This document shows, in pieces, positions 62,601 to 64,000 of a DNA stretch of 64,000 bases. Below the pieces are notes generated by a model. The model was not told where the DNA came from and did not search any database. It saw nothing but the letters and a program-made list of their open reading frames with translations. Within the stretch, counting starts at the first letter, position 1. Every line of letters begins with the position of its first letter. The stretch is from Candidatus Woesebacteria bacterium RBG_13_46_13. GTDB lineage: Bacteria > Patescibacteriota > Microgenomatia > UBA8517. Both the position numbers and the translations under genes were made by a program. The DNA lies in NCBI GenBank assembly GCA_001791995.1, contig MGFR01000001.1, forward strand, positions 242,638 through 306,637, written 5' to 3'.

Positions 62601-63964
62601 GCCTTGACGGCTATAGTTTTGATTCGATAACAGGTGCCGGTTGCCCATCTACATTAGGAGGAACCGTTACTTTAGGCGAGGGAGGAAGCATCACCTGTAC
62701 AATTATTAACACGAGAGATATTGGAGATATCTCGGGTTATAAATTTGAAGACCTGAACGGTAACGGAGATTGGGATGACGGTGAACCCGGATTGGCGGGT
62801 TGGACGATCGAGCTCTGGGGTGGGCAGGAAGACTTAATCGATTCTACGGTAACCTCAGCAGATCCCCTCGGAGAATACGGGTTTGAGAATATTCCGACTG
62901 GTGAGTATGCTGTTTGCGAGGTATTAGAGGACGGCTGGACACAAACTTATCCTCAAGGATGCCATTTCTTCACTCTTACGAAAGAAGGCATACAAGGATT
63001 AGATTTTGGCAACTTTAGGTTGGCCTCAATCGGGGACTTTATTTGGCGAGATAATGATGGGGATGGACTACAAGACCCAGGGGAACCAGGGATAGTAGGA
63101 ATTGGGGTAAACCTATATCTTGATGACGACGGAACCCCGGGATTAAATACTTCCACAGACTTACTAGTTGCCAGTGACATAACCGACGGAACCGGGGCAT
63201 ATCTGTTTGAAAATCTTGGCCCGGGCGAATACTTCACAGACGTTATCGAATCTACTTTGCCTGTAGGGTATTCCAATACGACCCCAGATCCTGTTGGGCC
63301 TATTATTTTGAGCTCCGGTGAAATCTATCTGCTTGCAGACGTCGGCTATGTTCCTCCCGTCAAGGAAATCAGAATCGAAAAGTCGAACGATAAGGAAGGC
63401 GGAGCAACAGCTGGAGATATCGTTACTTATTCTTTAGTTATTTCAAACACGGGAGATGTGGCTATCGGCGACGTAATCGTGACGGATGTATTACCCGGCG
63501 GATTCATATATGAAAACGGATCAACTTCAATCACAGGGGCTCCAGATGTTGAACCTGGAGTGGCGGGAAGTATTCTTACTTGGGATATCGGCACAGTATT
63601 TCCCAAAGAGCCGGTTACGATTATTTACCAGGCAAAAATTTCCTCGGAGCTGCCGGCAGGATCTTACAAGAACTATGCAACTTGCGAGGGACAGATAGGG
63701 GGAATTATTCCCCAGAATGGACCAGAGGAACGTGTTGCTGTGTATGAATCGGAACCGATAAGCTGTAATATCGATGATTCGGATGTTTCACTTGGTCAGT
63801 CCTTTAGCTACGGCGGAAAGCTTACGCCCCAGGTTTTAGGTGCGGCAACCGAACTTCCCGCTACGGGTAACTCAACCGGAATTCTGATCTTTGCCATCGC
63901 CGCAGGTCTTGGGGGATTTGCTCTTAAGCTGAGAGAAAAGAGGACAAAACATGCAAAAAACTAA
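59648..63964 (+). CDS. giant LPxTG-anchored surface protein with tandem Ig-like (prealbumin/SdrD-B-like) repeats and a DUF11-like domain
   Basis: 1438 aa with signal peptide. Seven or eight tandem repeats of about 95 aa (PTLTLVKxVxNDNGG...CTITNDD), SdrD-B-like segments (GYKFEDLNGNGDWDDGEPGLAGWTIEL), a DUF11-like region (DIVTYSLVISNTGDVAIGDVIVTDVLPGGFIY), and a C-terminal sorting signal LPATG (63854-63868) plus hydrophobic stretch plus KLREKRTKHAKN. Confidence 0.8.
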   Translation: MSQKLLKRVFSAIAAFSLLVNSISAPLTVYAQNAGNSPLAADPPHTPNPSGNLDQCSNGSSVSPTNPCTWVNGNLNSNQAHYVEGQSVPYRLIMEDLPVSSSITLTLGYDIKHSDKHALDYLTHFNRLEPHSPFGHTAETIDPASGISGLSATVTTYSIPSPSSVGSPVSGQPTTSFDALPAGEKLMTLYGGTINDIVYNTQGDLTDSQAETRIDIIFTADSATAVLAWGGHIASRLDWGFDGLTPRSASGISGSPYHMRQISWTIGNLGNQDRSLQAGAVIPPGNLTIIKQIEPPDSTLWDFSVTGPNSYTNSIQDLGDGGQSVLSVAPGTYTITETTSQDYSPSVTCNTGESGSGSVQVDISSTENVVCTFVNTLQPAHLTLVKTITIDNGGVATVADWTLSASGTTPISGTSGSGAVTNAAVYSGTYSLSESGPSGYTPSAWSCIKNAGQPIEGNSIVLAPNDTAVCTINNDDISPSLTLDKVLIKDNGGNAQESDWTLTATGPTPLSGPGAAGSADVVSGSGFSAGTYTLSESEGPEGYSSSAWSCTGTATQNGNEITLALGQTATCTVTNNDIAPTLTLVKTVSNDNGGTKVVSDFPLFINGVSATSGVAYPLMANTLYTATETQDEDYQAFPWGTDCAPDGTITLQLGENKTCTILNDDIAPTLTLVKSVFNDYGGNNLVSDFYLYINDLLVTSGVPNTLNAGSYTASEGPLSGYTPSSWGGDCSAGGAVTLLPGDNKTCTISNSDTPASITLTKVVISDNGGNAGVNDFGLSIGGAPVSSGTTRQVNSNTPITIDEIGLTGYGFVSITGDAKCPAQLGGTVTLNEGESVSCTITNDDEAPTITLVKDVINDNGGLAGENDFGLTIGGTGVNSNQTLTVVANTPYVITEAGKTGYAFVSISGAGCPAELGGTVTPNEGEDIVCTITNDDVSPTVTLNKIVRGGEAGVNDFGLTVGGQGVNSGQTVNVTANTPIGLNEAGLDGYSFDSITGAGCPSTLGGTVTLGEGGSITCTIINTRDIGDISGYKFEDLNGNGDWDDGEPGLAGWTIELWGGQEDLIDSTVTSADPLGEYGFENIPTGEYAVCEVLEDGWTQTYPQGCHFFTLTKEGIQGLDFGNFRLASIGDFIWRDNDGDGLQDPGEPGIVGIGVNLYLDDDGTPGLNTSTDLLVASDITDGTGAYLFENLGPGEYFTDVIESTLPVGYSNTTPDPVGPIILSSGEIYLLADVGYVPPVKEIRIEKSNDKEGGATAGDIVTYSLVISNTGDVAIGDVIVTDVLPGGFIYENGSTSITGAPDVEPGVAGSILTWDIGTVFPKEPVTIIYQAKISSELPAGSYKNYATCEGQIGGIIPQNGPEERVAVYESEPISCNIDDSDVSLGQSFSYGGKLTPQVLGAATELPATGNSTGILIFAIAAGLGGFALKLREKRTKHAKN
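60500..62720 (+). repeat. tandem array of about 285-nt coding repeats (Ig-like domains) inside the giant adhesin gene
   Basis: Seven or eight diverged copies, each starting P(S/T)LTL(V/D)K...DNGG and ending CT(I/V)xNDD. Confidence 0.7.
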
Positions 63965-64000
63965 AATAGCAACATTGTTACTTGGATTCTTGGCAGGCTT
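63948..64000 (+). CDS. 5' end of a further secreted-protein gene (partial, signal peptide only)
   Basis: ATG at 63948 overlaps the end of the giant gene. MQKTKIATLLLGFLAG is a signal-peptide-like start. Truncated by the window end. Confidence 0.3.

Noticed and set aside
1-64000. Alternative genetic code (UGA read as Gly or Trp), as in some small-genome lineages
   Set aside because: Several well-defined genes terminate at TGA with correct C-termini (recJ at 7215-7217; the GSDH-like gene at 24243-24245), and an RF2 gene is present.

Overview
This is a gene-dense bacterial fragment with roughly balanced GC; almost everything is protein-coding and TGA is used as a stop (for example at the recJ and GSDH-like gene ends). 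Gene content suggests a small-genome, Gram-positive-like or Patescibacteria (CPR)-type organism, but that assignment is inference. Housekeeping genes include secD, secF, secA, the CCA-adding enzyme, recJ, rel, aspS, gltX, class-I lysS, serS, hpt, lon, greA, prfB, rarA, tgt, ftsEX, tsaE, galE, tRNA-Glu and tRNA-Gln. A cell-envelope set runs from 23.1 to 26.6 kb (uppP, dgkA, L,D-transpeptidase, PAP2), with a D-Ala-D-Ala carboxypeptidase and an RlpA-like protein elsewhere. Four accessory regions stand out:
1. An AT-rich island of about 4.2 kb ends exactly at the 3' end of tRNA-Gln. It carries a GIY-YIG protein, an ATP-grasp ligase and a protein with a C-terminal TIR-like (COG4271/DUF1863-type) nucleotide-binding domain, and is the best candidate for a novel defence module.
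2. Between 44.8 and 52 kb, three Tat-signal secreted cell-wall hydrolases (VanW-like, M23, amidase+M23) are interleaved with two clearly GC-richer TadG/TadE-like pseudopilin genes and a 540-aa GC-rich orphan.
3. At 58.2-64 kb a snapalysin-like metzincin, a sortase and a 1438-aa LPATG-anchored protein with about seven tandem Ig-like repeats form a secreted-protein locus.
4. A DUF134/DUF5320 pair sits next to tRNA-Glu with a 16-bp perfect palindrome.
Regulatory signals include a CIRCE-like inverted repeat in the lon promoter, near-consensus sigma70 promoters for greA and the Tad-like genes, and several hairpin terminators. No CRISPR array, integrase or transposase was seen.
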